A stretch of DNA of 64,000 nucleotides from contig CAYHCB010000002.1 in the NCBI GenBank assembly GCA_964355275.1, positions 6,639 to 70,638 of the forward strand, written 5' to 3'. The translations under genes and the position numbers were made by a program. Shown here piece by piece: positions 9,016 to 18,551 of the stretch (its first letter is position 1; the number at the start of each line of letters is the position of its first letter). The notes beneath the pieces were generated by a model, which did not search any database, was not told the DNA's origin, and saw only the letters and a program-made list of their open reading frames with translations. This stretch comes from an uncultured Gammaproteobacteria bacterium. Its GTDB lineage: Bacteria > Patescibacteriota > Patescibacteriia > Patescibacteriales > UBA12465.

Positions 9016-11943
9016 GTGATAAAAAAAATAAATCAACAATTAAATAGTCGACAAAACGAGGCCGTGGCTCATGAGGTCGGTCCTCTTTTAATTGTCGCTG
9101 GAGCTGGTACGGGGAAAACTACCGTTTTAATTAATAGGTTGGCTCATTTAGTCTTAGAATGCGGTTTATCAACTGATGAAGTTTTACTTCTTACCTTTAC
9201 TGAAAAATCAGCCGGAGAACTTGAGGGTCGGGCAGATGAATTATTACCTTATGGTTATATTGATTTATGGATTCACACCTTTCATGGTTTTTGTGAACGA
9301 ATTTTAAGAGAGCATGCTTTAGATATCGGTTTGTCAGCTGATTTTAAATTACTTTCAGCAACCGAACAGTGGATTTTAATTAAAAGAAATCTGGCACGTT
9401 TTGATTTAGATTATTATCGTCCTCTGGGTAACCCCACTAAATTTATTGGAGAGCTACTAAGGCATTTTTCTCGTCTTAAAGATGAAGATGTTTCAGTGCT
9501 TGATTATTTAGAAACAGCTTCAAACAACAAAGATGAAGATGAATTAGAAATAAAGCGACTCAAAGAGTTGTCTAGAGCTTATCAAACTTATAATGAACTA
9601 TTAATTGAAAATAATTTTTTAGATTTTGGTGATTTAATTGTTTTTACTCTTAAACTTTTCAGAACCAGACCAAATATTTTAAAAATTTATCAAACTCAAT
9701 TTAAGCAAATAATGGTTGACGAGTTCCAGGACACAAATTGGGCGCAATATGAGTTAGTCAAAATGTTGTCTTTGCCTAATAATAATTTAACAGTTGTTGG
9801 CGATGACGATCAGTCTATTTATAAATTTCGTGGAGCCTCGTTGTCTAATATCATGCAGTTTAAGGATGACTTTAAAAAAGCCAAAGAACTTATATTGATT
9901 GATAATTATCGGTCTCGGCAAGAAATTTTAGATTATTCTTATCATTTTATTAAACATAATAATCCTAATCGCTTAGAAGAAAAATTAAAAATTGATAAAC
10001 AGTTAAAATCCAGTGCTAATTTTAATAAGAGAGAAGCAGCCGCGGTTAGGTATTTACAATTTAATCGTGGCGAAGAGGAGGTAGCTTTTACGGCTGCTCA
10101 AATTTTAGATGTTTATCAACAAAAAAATAGTGGTACTGAAAAAGTTAATTGGCTTGATTTTGCTATTTTAGTTAGAGCTAATGATACAGCCGAAGCTTAT
10201 GTTAAAGAGCTCACCCGTTTAAATATTCCTAATCAATTTGTGTCGCTTAAAGGACTTTATTTTAAGCCAATTATTTTAGATTGTTTAGCTTATTTACGAT
10301 TGTTAGATAACTATCATGAATCATCAGCCCTGTTTCGCGTGCTTAATATGTCGGGATTTAAAGTTAGTCATTTAGATTTAATTACAATCAATAAATTTGC
10401 TAGACGAAAAGTTTGGTCATTATTTGAAGCTTTAAAAAATGTATCTTCTATTCCTGGGGTGTCTGATCTAGCTAGAAACAACATTGCTAAATTATTATTA
10501 TTACTGGATAAGCATTCTGTTTTAGTGGCCGACTCTGAGCCAAGTAAATTATTTTTACGCTTTGCTTATGATTCGGGGCTGGTAGCTTCATATGACTTTG
10601 ATCGTGATCAAGAAATATTTTCTTATCTTAATCAGTTTTATCAAAAAATAAAAAAATTTGAAGAAACTTTACCGGCTTCTCGTTTAAGTGACTTTATGCA
10701 ACTCATGGATTTAGAATTAGAGGCAGGGGAAGTTGGTTCTCTTCGTTTAGATTTTTCTGATAATGATACGGTAAAAATTATGACCGTTCATGCCGCCAAA
10801 GGATTAGAATTTAAATATGTTTTTTTAGTTAATATTGTCGATAAAAAATTCCCAACTATTTCTCGCTCCGAGAAAATAAGTATTCCAGATAATTTAGTTA
10901 AAGAAAAAATAATCAGCGGTAAAGAGGCTCACATTGAAGAAGAGCGTCGTCTATTTTATGTAGCGCTTACTCGGGCTAAGGAAGAATTATTTATAAGTGG
11001 CGCAAAAGATTACGGTGGAGTTCGTGAAAAAAAACCATCACCATTTATTTCTGAAATGGGTCTAGATATTTTTGAGGTTGGAGATTCCCAGGAGTTTTCT
11101 TCTAAGTTAGAATTTTTAAGAGATCTCGATCGTTTAGATGAAAAGATAGAAGAGAAAACCGAAAAATTAGTATTACCTGATAAATTTTCTTTTTCTCAAT
11201 TGGCGGCTTTTTCCAATTGCCCTTTGCAATATAAATTTGCCTTTGTTTTAAAAATTCCTGTACCCACCGATAAGGCCAGTTTAATTTTTGGCCGAGTTCT
11301 TCATAATGTTTTAAATGAGTTTTTAGAACCATTGCTTGATTCTAAAAAAGCTTTTCAAGACAGTTTATTTGGAGAAGTAAAAAAAGTCGACTTAGATAAT
11401 AAAAAGTTATTAGATATTTATGAACGTCGTTGGCAAGATGACGGTTACGCTAGCAAAGAAGAGCGAAGTAAATATCATAAAAAAGGTCAAGAAATTTTAA
11501 ATAATTTTTGGCAACGTTGGTTGACAGAGGAGACTCCGGAGGTTTTATTTTTAGAGAAAAGTTTTACTTTTAAAATAGGCGATGGTGTTATAAAGGGAGC
11601 AATTGATAGAGTTGATAGATTGAGCGACGGATCGCTAGAAATAATCGATTACAAAACGGGCAATCCTAAAGAAAAATTGGAGTATGCCGACAAGAGACAA
11701 CTTATTTTATATAAAATATTTTTAGAAGAATTTTTTGGAACGCAGGTTAGTCTTTTAAGTTATTACTATTTAGAGGGGGGTTATAAAACTTCATTTGTCG
11801 CTAAAGATAAGGATGTTGAAAAATTAAGATTAGAAGTTTTAGAAGAAATAGCTGCTATAAAAAAAGGTAAATTTCCTCCTAATCCAACAGAACTTTGTAA
11901 GTACTGCGACTTCCGTGATATCTGTCAGTGGCGCTTAAAATAA
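9016..11943 (+). CDS. UvrD/PcrA-type SF1 helicase fused to a C-terminal PD-(D/E)XK Cas4/AddB-like nuclease domain
   Basis: GTG start. Walker A AGAGTGKT, DEFQDTN, VGDDDQSIYKFRGA and TVHAAKGLEF helicase motifs. C-terminus has FSNCPLQYKF ... IDRVDRL..EIIDYKTG ... CKYCDFRDIC (one plus three Cys, as in Fe-S nuclease domains). Confidence 0.85.
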   Translation: MIKKINQQLNSRQNEAVAHEVGPLLIVAGAGTGKTTVLINRLAHLVLECGLSTDEVLLLTFTEKSAGELEGRADELLPYGYIDLWIHTFHGFCERILREHALDIGLSADFKLLSATEQWILIKRNLARFDLDYYRPLGNPTKFIGELLRHFSRLKDEDVSVLDYLETASNNKDEDELEIKRLKELSRAYQTYNELLIENNFLDFGDLIVFTLKLFRTRPNILKIYQTQFKQIMVDEFQDTNWAQYELVKMLSLPNNNLTVVGDDDQSIYKFRGASLSNIMQFKDDFKKAKELILIDNYRSRQEILDYSYHFIKHNNPNRLEEKLKIDKQLKSSANFNKREAAAVRYLQFNRGEEEVAFTAAQILDVYQQKNSGTEKVNWLDFAILVRANDTAEAYVKELTRLNIPNQFVSLKGLYFKPIILDCLAYLRLLDNYHESSALFRVLNMSGFKVSHLDLITINKFARRKVWSLFEALKNVSSIPGVSDLARNNIAKLLLLLDKHSVLVADSEPSKLFLRFAYDSGLVASYDFDRDQEIFSYLNQFYQKIKKFEETLPASRLSDFMQLMDLELEAGEVGSLRLDFSDNDTVKIMTVHAAKGLEFKYVFLVNIVDKKFPTISRSEKISIPDNLVKEKIISGKEAHIEEERRLFYVALTRAKEELFISGAKDYGGVREKKPSPFISEMGLDIFEVGDSQEFSSKLEFLRDLDRLDEKIEEKTEKLVLPDKFSFSQLAAFSNCPLQYKFAFVLKIPVPTDKASLIFGRVLHNVLNEFLEPLLDSKKAFQDSLFGEVKKVDLDNKKLLDIYERRWQDDGYASKEERSKYHKKGQEILNNFWQRWLTEETPEVLFLEKSFTFKIGDGVIKGAIDRVDRLSDGSLEIIDYKTGNPKEKLEYADKRQLILYKIFLEEFFGTQVSLLSYYYLEGGYKTSFVAKDKDVEKLRLEVLEEIAAIKKGKFPPNPTELCKYCDFRDICQWRLK

Positions 11944-11947
11944 TTTT

Positions 11948-12619
11948 ATGAGTTTAGCTTTTAAAAAACGTTTTTTATTTTATTCTACTATTGTTTTTTT
12001 GTGGTTTGTTTGGTTTGTTAATATGATTGTAATGTCGGGGGCCCGTTATATTGCGGTTGACTGTTATAATAATATAGATAATTATCCGGTTGCCATTGTT
12101 TTAGGAGCGAGAGTTATGGGCGCCAGTTTAGTAAGTGATGTGTATTCTGATAGATTGCAAACAGCGGTTAATCTTTACAAAAAAGGAAAAATAACAAAAA
12201 TACTGGTCTCCGGCGATCATGGTCAGATAAATTATGATGAAGTAAATACTGGTAAAGATTATTTATTATCAAAAGGGGTATTAAGTAACGATATTTTTTT
12301 AGATCATGCCGGCTTTGATACTTATAGTTCTATTTATCGAGCTAAAAATATCTTTAAAGTAAAAAGAACTATAATAATTACGCAAGATTTTCATTTGCCA
12401 CGGGCTTTATATTTTGGCCATTCTTTAGGTCTCGATGTTTTAGGTTGTTCGGCTGATTTACAAAGCTATCAAAATATTACTAGAATGAAGCAGCGGGAAA
12501 TTCTAGCCCGAGTTAAGGCCTGGTTTAGTGTGGCTTTTGCCGTTAGTCCTAGATATATGGGCGATACTTACGATATAACTGGTAACGGTCAACAAACTTG
12601 GGATGAAATTACTTATTAA
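11948..12619 (+). CDS. SanA/ElyC/YdcF (DUF218) family envelope protein
   Basis: N-terminal TM, then AIVLGARV...[43 protein letters not shown]...[17 protein letters not shown]...[12 protein letters not shown], a close match to the SanA pattern. Confidence 0.75.
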   Translation: MSLAFKKRFLFYSTIVFLWFVWFVNMIVMSGARYIAVDCYNNIDNYPVAIVLGARVMGASLVSDVYSDRLQTAVNLYKKGKITKILVSGDHGQINYDEVNTGKDYLLSKGVLSNDIFLDHAGFDTYSSIYRAKNIFKVKRTIIITQDFHLPRALYFGHSLGLDVLGCSADLQSYQNITRMKQREILARVKAWFSVAFAVSPRYMGDTYDITGNGQQTWDEITY

Positions 12620-12626
12620 TAATATT

Positions 12627-13634
12627 ATGGAAAAAGAACAAAGAATTATTGACCCAAAGGAGCAAGGAAGCGAAGAGTCTTTCGATTTTTCTTTGCGGCC
12701 TAAAACTTTAATCGAATATATTGGCCAAGAAAAAATAAAAGCTAATTTAGATATTGCTATTTCGGCTGCTAAAAAAAGACAAGAAGCTATGGAGCATGTT
12801 TTACTTTATGGTGCTCCGGGTCTAGGAAAAACTACTTTAGCCCACGTTATATCTAATGAGATTGGCGCGCATATTAAAGTTACTTCAGGACCAGCGATTG
12901 AAAAAAGTGGTGATTTAGCAGCTATTTTATCCAATTTAGAGGAGGGCGATATTTTATTTATTGATGAAATTCATCGCTTAAATAAAAATATTGAAGAAAT
13001 TTTATATCCCGCCATGGAAGATTTTGCTCTAGATATAATTATGGGTAAAGGGCCTAGTGCTAGAACTTTGCGTTTAGATTTACCACACTTTACTATCATC
13101 GGTGCTACTACGATGGCCAGTTTGCTATCAGCTCCATTAAGGGATCGCTTTGGTCATATTCATCATTTAGATTTTTATGAATTAGAAGATGTGGAGCGAA
13201 TTATTAGACGAAGCGCTAAGTTGCTTAATATTGAACTTGACTCAAAAGCGGCAACTTTAATTGCTAGTCGGGCACGCCGCACGCCGCGTATCGCTAATCG
13301 TCTACTTAAAAGAGTCCGTGATTATTCACAAGTGAAGGGAAACGGTTATATTGATTTAAGTGTTTGCGAGGAAGCTTTCAAAATGATGGAGGTTGATGTT
13401 TTAGGCCTTGATCAGGTTGATCGTAAATTACTCAGTACAATTATTAATAAATTTAAAGGTGGACCAGTTGGTCTTAACACCTTATCGGCGGCTACCGGTG
13501 AAGACATTGATACAATTTTAAATGTTTATGAACCTTATCTCCTTCAATTAGGTTTTTTAGATCGTTCGCCACGCGGCCGAATAGCCACGGAAACAGCTTA
13601 TAAACACTTAGGCTTGGATTATATTTGTAAGTAA
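12627..13634 (+). CDS. ruvB: Holliday junction branch-migration helicase RuvB
   Basis: [16 protein letters not shown], Walker [12 protein letters not shown], Walker [25 protein letters not shown]. The start is moved to ATG 12627 because the track start 12603 overlaps the preceding ORF. Confidence 0.95.
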   Translation: MEKEQRIIDPKEQGSEESFDFSLRPKTLIEYIGQEKIKANLDIAISAAKKRQEAMEHVLLYGAPGLGKTTLAHVISNEIGAHIKVTSGPAIEKSGDLAAILSNLEEGDILFIDEIHRLNKNIEEILYPAMEDFALDIIMGKGPSARTLRLDLPHFTIIGATTMASLLSAPLRDRFGHIHHLDFYELEDVERIIRRSAKLLNIELDSKAATLIASRARRTPRIANRLLKRVRDYSQVKGNGYIDLSVCEEAFKMMEVDVLGLDQVDRKLLSTIINKFKGGPVGLNTLSAATGEDIDTILNVYEPYLLQLGFLDRSPRGRIATETAYKHLGLDYICK

Positions 13635-13644
13635 TTTTGGTTTT

Positions 13645-14682
13645 ATGAAATATAGTTTAAGTGATTTTAATTATAATTTACCATCGGAGTTAATTGCTCA
13701 AAAACCGGTCAGGCCACGCGACTCCGCGCGGCTTTTAGTTGTAAATAAAAAAACAAAAAAATTACAACATAAAAAATTTAGTGATTTAGTCGATTATTTA
13801 AAGAAGGGGGATATTTTGATTGTTAATAATTCTAAAGTTTTTCCGGCTCGTTTATTTGGCCATAAAAAAAATACTGGAGGCGCTGTGGAAGTTTTTTTAC
13901 ATAAAAAAATAACTAATAATACTTGGGAGTGTTTACTTGGTGGTCGTGTTAGTGAAGGGGTAACGATTGAATTAGCACAAAATTTTATTGCGATTGTAAA
14001 AAAAAATAATCAAGATGGCACGTGGCTAGTAGAATTTAATAAATCTGGCAGTGCTTTTTTTACGGCGGTTAATAAAATTGGGCACCTACCTTTACCACCT
14101 TATATAAAAAGAGTAAAAGATCAACAAGAGGATAAAAGAAACTATCAAACTATTTATGCTAGTGAGAAAAAAGTTGGTTCAGTCGCTGCGCCTACTGCTG
14201 GTTTACATTTTACGCCACGCTTAATGAAAAAAATAAAGGCAAAAGGGGTAAGTGTTGCGTCAGTGACTTTACATGTTGGTTTGGGGACTTTTTCGTCTGT
14301 TAAAACAGAAAATATTCTAGAACATAAAATGCATACGGAGTACGCGGAAATTAGTAAACAAACAATTGTAAAATTAAAGAGGGCCAAGGTTTTAGGGCAA
14401 AGAATTATTGCCGTTGGTACAACCACTTGTCGTACTTTGGAATCTTGGGGGCAAGCTGGTAATCCTGATAAATTTGCTAACTGGACTGATATTTTCATTT
14501 ATCCGGGTTATAAATTTACCGTTGTTGAAGCGCTAATTACTAATTTTCACTTGCCAAAATCCACACTTTTAATGCTAGTTTCGGCTCTAGCGGGCAAAGA
14601 ATTGGTCGAGCTTTCTTATTTAGAGGCAATTAATAGCTCTTATCGGTTTTTTTCTTATGGCGATGCGATGTTTATTTACTAA
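13645..14682 (+). CDS. queA: S-adenosylmethionine:tRNA ribosyltransferase-isomerase
   Basis: LSDFNYNLPSELIAQKP, LPLPPYIKR, YQTIYA...GSVAAPTAGLHFT, AVGTTTCRTLES, FRFFSYGDAMFI. Confidence 0.95.
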   Translation: MKYSLSDFNYNLPSELIAQKPVRPRDSARLLVVNKKTKKLQHKKFSDLVDYLKKGDILIVNNSKVFPARLFGHKKNTGGAVEVFLHKKITNNTWECLLGGRVSEGVTIELAQNFIAIVKKNNQDGTWLVEFNKSGSAFFTAVNKIGHLPLPPYIKRVKDQQEDKRNYQTIYASEKKVGSVAAPTAGLHFTPRLMKKIKAKGVSVASVTLHVGLGTFSSVKTENILEHKMHTEYAEISKQTIVKLKRAKVLGQRIIAVGTTTCRTLESWGQAGNPDKFANWTDIFIYPGYKFTVVEALITNFHLPKSTLLMLVSALAGKELVELSYLEAINSSYRFFSYGDAMFIY

Positions 14683-14726
14683 TATTAAATAAAATAATTT
14701 ATAAAAAAGATTTAAAAGTGGGGTAT

Positions 14727-14755
14727 TTGCTTTTTTTTATTTTTGATGTTAGAAT
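14727..14755 (+). promoter_or_regulatory. Putative sigma70-type promoter for lepB-hisS-rpsU
   Basis: TTGCTT (14727-14732), 17-nt spacer ending in TGt, TAGAAT (14750-14755), about 55 nt upstream of the lepB ATG. AT-rich background makes chance matches likely. Confidence 0.35.
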
Positions 14756-14811
14756 AGACAAAAGTTTGACAAATTTACCGTCCGAAAACTCAAGTAATTT
14801 TTGCTTTGTCT

Positions 14812-15378
14812 ATGTTTAAAAAATTATTTTTATTTTTACAAGAACTTACTAAGTTAGCGGCCATTGCTTTGTTGATTATCGTTCCGGTCCGCTATTTTTT
14901 AATTCAACCATTTTATGTTAAAGGAGCTTCTATGGAGCCAAATTTTCATAATTATGAGTATTTGATTATTGATGAGCTTAGTTATCGTTTTAATGCTCCA
15001 CAAAGAGGAGAAATAATAGTTTTTCGTTACCCTCGTGATCCACAAGAGCATTTTATTAAAAGAGTTATTGGTTTACCAGGGGAAAGTGTTCAAATTAAAA
15101 ATGGAAATATTTACATATTTAATGATGCTTACCCGGATGGGTTTATTTTAAAGGAAGATTATTTGAAAGAGAGTGAAGTAACTTTATCTAATAGTGAAAA
15201 TAAACTTACTTTAAAAGCAGATGAATATTTTGTTTTAGGGGATAACCGAAATGCTTCTCAGGACTCTCGTATTTTTGGAGCAGTTAATAAAAGTTTTATT
15301 ACTGGAAAAGTTTGGTTACGTGGATTACCAATAAGCGAGGCAAAAGTATTTACTAAAAATAATTTACCGAAATATTAA
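14812..15378 (+). CDS. lepB: Signal peptidase I
   Basis: VKGASMEPN (catalytic Ser), FIKRVIGLPGE (catalytic Lys), VLGDNRNASQDSR. The track start 14806 is TTG; the first ATG is 14812. Confidence 0.9.
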   Translation: MFKKLFLFLQELTKLAAIALLIIVPVRYFLIQPFYVKGASMEPNFHNYEYLIIDELSYRFNAPQRGEIIVFRYPRDPQEHFIKRVIGLPGESVQIKNGNIYIFNDAYPDGFILKEDYLKESEVTLSNSENKLTLKADEYFVLGDNRNASQDSRIFGAVNKSFITGKVWLRGLPISEAKVFTKNNLPKY

Positions 15379-15383
15379 TCAAT

Positions 15384-16754
15384 ATGCCAAAGCAAAAAAT
15401 ATTAATTAGCACTTCTAAGGAGTTGCCTAATAGTAAAAAAGTAGAAAAGAAAAGCGCTAAAGCAGTTGCCCGTCTTTTAGGTTTAAAAGATTACTTAGGA
15501 ACTGATTTTTTAAGTTGGGATTTAGCGATGACTAAGGCTTGGGAATTGGCTCGTATTTTTGGTTTTTCTCCACTTCGTACTCCGATAATTGAAGATTTTA
15601 ATCTTTACAAAAGATCAACTCGAAAAAGCTCTGATAAAGAATTCTATTTTGTGGAGTTTGAGCGTGGCGAAAAAGCAGTTCTTCGCCCTGAACTTACCCA
15701 AGGAATGATTCGTTCTTATATTGAGAATAAAATGGATGAATTACCTCAACCGATTCGTTTGTTTTCTGTTGGTCCTGTTTTCCGTCAAGAAAAAATGGCC
15801 AGTGGCCGTTATCGTGAATCTAATCAGTTTGATTTAGAAATTATTGGCGAAAAAAAGCCAATGGCTGAGGCAGTTTTAATTAACACGGTTTATCGATTTT
15901 TTAAAGAGTTACAAATTAATGTTCAGATTCAAATAAATAGTTTAGGCGATAATGATTCGCGTAAAGAATATAATAGTAAATTATTATCTTTTTACAAAGA
16001 GCGCGGTCGCCGTTCTAAATTATGCAACCATTGTAAGAAAAATTTAGGAAAAAATTCTTTGGCGCTACTGGATTGTCGGGAAGATTCTTGTGTTAAAATA
16101 AGAGAAGGCGCACCTCAAATCGCTGATTATTTATCAGCTGCTAGTCGTGAGCATTTTGGGAAAGTTTTAGAATACTTAGACGAACTTGGTATTCCTTATA
16201 ATTTTAATTCTTATTTAGTCCGTGGTTTAAGTTATTATAATGATACTGTTTTTGAATTTTGGCCAGTTGCTGAAGACGGCACAATTAGCGGTAAATTAGC
16301 TTTAGCTGGCGGCGGCCGCAGCGATATTTTAGTAGAGAGTTTAGGGGGTAAACCAACCTCTTGCGTCGGAGTCGCTGTTGGCATGGAAAGAGCTATGATG
16401 AAGTTAAAAGAAAAAAATTCTTTTGCAACCTACTCGGATGAAGATGAGCTTATTTATATTGCTCAAATTGGCGAACAAGCTAAAACTAAAGCCTTGCTTC
16501 TTTTTGAAGAATTAAGAACTTCTGGATTTAACGTGCGTCAGTCTTTTTCTGTTGATAGCTTAAGAACGCAAATTGAGGAGGCCGGTAGTTTAAAAGCGAA
16601 GATAACTCTAGTTTTGGGCAAGAAAGAAGTTATGGATGAAACTATTTTAATGAGAGATATGGAATCAGGCGTTCAGGAAATTGTCGCTCAAAAAAAGATT
16701 AAAGATAAATTAGATAAAAAAATAAATAGAAAGGTAGGTGTTATTTATGGCTGA
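15384..16754 (+). CDS. hisS: Histidine--tRNA ligase
   Basis: Class II motifs: LRPELTQGMIRSY, GPVFRQEKMASGRYRESNQFDLEIIG, YYNDTVFEF, GGGRSD. C-terminal anticodon-binding domain. Confidence 0.88.
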   Translation: MPKQKILISTSKELPNSKKVEKKSAKAVARLLGLKDYLGTDFLSWDLAMTKAWELARIFGFSPLRTPIIEDFNLYKRSTRKSSDKEFYFVEFERGEKAVLRPELTQGMIRSYIENKMDELPQPIRLFSVGPVFRQEKMASGRYRESNQFDLEIIGEKKPMAEAVLINTVYRFFKELQINVQIQINSLGDNDSRKEYNSKLLSFYKERGRRSKLCNHCKKNLGKNSLALLDCREDSCVKIREGAPQIADYLSAASREHFGKVLEYLDELGIPYNFNSYLVRGLSYYNDTVFEFWPVAEDGTISGKLALAGGGRSDILVESLGGKPTSCVGVAVGMERAMMKLKEKNSFATYSDEDELIYIAQIGEQAKTKALLLFEELRTSGFNVRQSFSVDSLRTQIEEAGSLKAKITLVLGKKEVMDETILMRDMESGVQEIVAQKKIKDKLDKKINRKVGVIYG

Positions 16755-16980
16755 TTTTAAAAGAAAAACTGGAGAGAGCTTTGAAAGTTTCTTAAGAAAA
16801 TTTAAGAAGGCTTTAAAGAACGGAAAGCGTCTAGAAAAAGCTCGAGAGAAACAACACTTAGTTCCTAAAAAAACTAAGCGTCAACAAAAAAAGTATGCTC
16901 TCACTAGTTTAAAACTAAAAAAAGAAAAAGATTATTTGCGCAAGACTGGTAAATTACCAGAAGAAGAAATGCGAAGATAA
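16747..16980 (+). CDS. rpsU: 30S ribosomal protein S21
   Basis: MADFKRKTGESFESFLRKFKKALKNGKRLEKAREKQHLVPKKTKRQQKK: small, very basic S21 pattern. ATG 16747 overlaps the hisS stop. The track start 16738 is GTG. Confidence 0.8.
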   Translation: MADFKRKTGESFESFLRKFKKALKNGKRLEKAREKQHLVPKKTKRQQKKYALTSLKLKKEKDYLRKTGKLPEEEMRR

Positions 16981-16985
16981 AATAT

Positions 16986-17018
16986 AAAAAGAGCCCAAGT
17001 AATATTGGACTCTTTTTA
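16986..17018. terminator. Bidirectional hairpin between convergent rpsU and rel
   Basis: aaaaaGAGCCCAagtaatatTGGACTCttttt: 7-bp stem with one mismatch, flanked by A- and T-tracts. It overlaps the rel stop codon. Confidence 0.5.
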
Positions 17019-18482
17019 TTTATTAATTCCCGGAATGAAGCGTTTTATATTTTCCAGCGTTGATTTTTTGGCATATTGTTTTATATGATCACGAGCTCTT
17101 TTTGTCTTGGCAAATTTTATCCAATCTTTACTTGGGTGTAGTCGATTTTTTTCAATTATAATTTCTACTAAGTCACCATTTTTAAGCTCCTGGTCTAAAC
17201 GGCCTAATTTATCATTAATCATTGCTCCTGAAGCATGATTACCGATGTCACTGTGGATAGCATAAGCAAAATCAATGGAAGTGGCCCCTTCTGGTAATTC
17301 AAAAACGTCACCTTGCGGAGAAAAAACAAAAATTCTATCAAGAAAAACATTTAGTTGAACGTTTTTTATAAATTCAGATGTGTTGGTAATTTCTTTTTGC
17401 ACTTCGGCAATTTCTTGAAGCCATTTTGGTTGCTTTTCAAAATCTTTATTGTCTTGGGATTTGTAATACCAATGAGCGGCTAGTCCATAAATTGATTCTT
17501 CTTGCATTTTTTTGGTTCTTATTTGAAACTCGACAGCTTTTCCTTCTGGTCCAAAAACAGTTGTATGAAGTGACTGATAACCATTTGGTTTCGGAACGGC
17601 AATATAATCTTTAAAGCGATTTGGTTTAGGCTTCCAGATAGTATGAATAATTCCTAAAACTTTATAACAATCATTTACATTTTCTACAATTAGACGTAGC
17701 GCAAAAACATCATAAATCTCATCAAAACGTCTGTTTTTATTTTGCATTTTTTTCCAAATGCTATATAAATGTTTAAAACGAACTTCAATTTCATAATCAA
17801 CTTTAGCCTCATCCATAAGAGGGCTTAAAATATTTCTAACTTTTTGGAAAAATAAATTTCTTTCAGCTTTTTTTTCTACTTCATATTCTTGTTCTAAATC
17901 ATGAAACTCTTCAGGAAATAAAAATTTAAAACATAAATCCTCCATCTGCCATTTGAGGCGCCAAATTCCCAACATTCCGGCTATCGGAGCATATATTTCT
18001 AAAGTTTCTTTAGCGATACGGCGTCTTTTTTCTTCAGGTAGCGACTCGAGCGTACGTAAATTATGTAACCGATCACAAAATTTAATAAAAACAATTCTAA
18101 TGTCACCGGTCATCGCCAAAAACATTTTTTTTAGATTTTCTCGATAGCGCTCAATACCTCTATATTTTAATTTTCCTAATTTAGTAACACCTCGAACTAG
18201 ATTGGCGACTTCTTCGCCAAAATTTTTTTCGACGTCATCAATGGAATAATCGGTATCTTCTGGTACATCATGAAGTAAACCAGCAGTAACCGTGGCTAAA
18301 TCGGCCTTCATCTCGGTTAAAAGATAAGCCGTATGAAGAGGGTGGTTTATATAGGGTTCGCCATTTTTTCTAACTTGTTCTAAGTGGGCGGTGTTAGCAA
18401 AATCGTAAGCTAGCCATAAAATTTCCGCATCAATTTGCGGGTGGTTTTCTTTAAACTTTTTTACTATGCGGTCAATGGTCAT
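17016..18482 (-). CDS. rel: RelA/SpoT-family bifunctional (p)ppGpp synthetase/hydrolase, short form (HD + synthetase + TGS)
   Basis: HD domain (HPLHTAYLL...LLHDVPEDT), synthetase domain (RFKHLYSIWKKM...DVFALRLIV, GYQSLHTTV, EFQIRT), TGS (VFSPQGDVFELPEGATSIDFAYAIHSDIG). No ACT/RRM tail. Confidence 0.9.
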   Translation of the reverse strand: MTIDRIVKKFKENHPQIDAEILWLAYDFANTAHLEQVRKNGEPYINHPLHTAYLLTEMKADLATVTAGLLHDVPEDTDYSIDDVEKNFGEEVANLVRGVTKLGKLKYRGIERYRENLKKMFLAMTGDIRIVFIKFCDRLHNLRTLESLPEEKRRRIAKETLEIYAPIAGMLGIWRLKWQMEDLCFKFLFPEEFHDLEQEYEVEKKAERNLFFQKVRNILSPLMDEAKVDYEIEVRFKHLYSIWKKMQNKNRRFDEIYDVFALRLIVENVNDCYKVLGIIHTIWKPKPNRFKDYIAVPKPNGYQSLHTTVFGPEGKAVEFQIRTKKMQEESIYGLAAHWYYKSQDNKDFEKQPKWLQEIAEVQKEITNTSEFIKNVQLNVFLDRIFVFSPQGDVFELPEGATSIDFAYAIHSDIGNHASGAMINDKLGRLDQELKNGDLVEIIIEKNRLHPSKDWIKFAKTKRARDHIKQYAKKSTLENIKRFIPGINK

Positions 18483-18508
18483 GTATTTTTCTTTTTTTAT
18501 CTTTTTCT

Positions 18509-18525
18509 GTTATAATTATTATAAC
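18509..18525. promoter_or_regulatory. Perfect 17-bp palindrome carrying TATAAT on both strands in the rel / surface-locus divergent intergenic region
   Basis: GTTATAAT-T-ATTATAAC. TATAAT at 18511-18516 (+) and 18518-18523 (-). The -35 elements are weak. Confidence 0.3.
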
Positions 18526-18551
18526 ATAATAAGTTAATTATTATAAATTAA

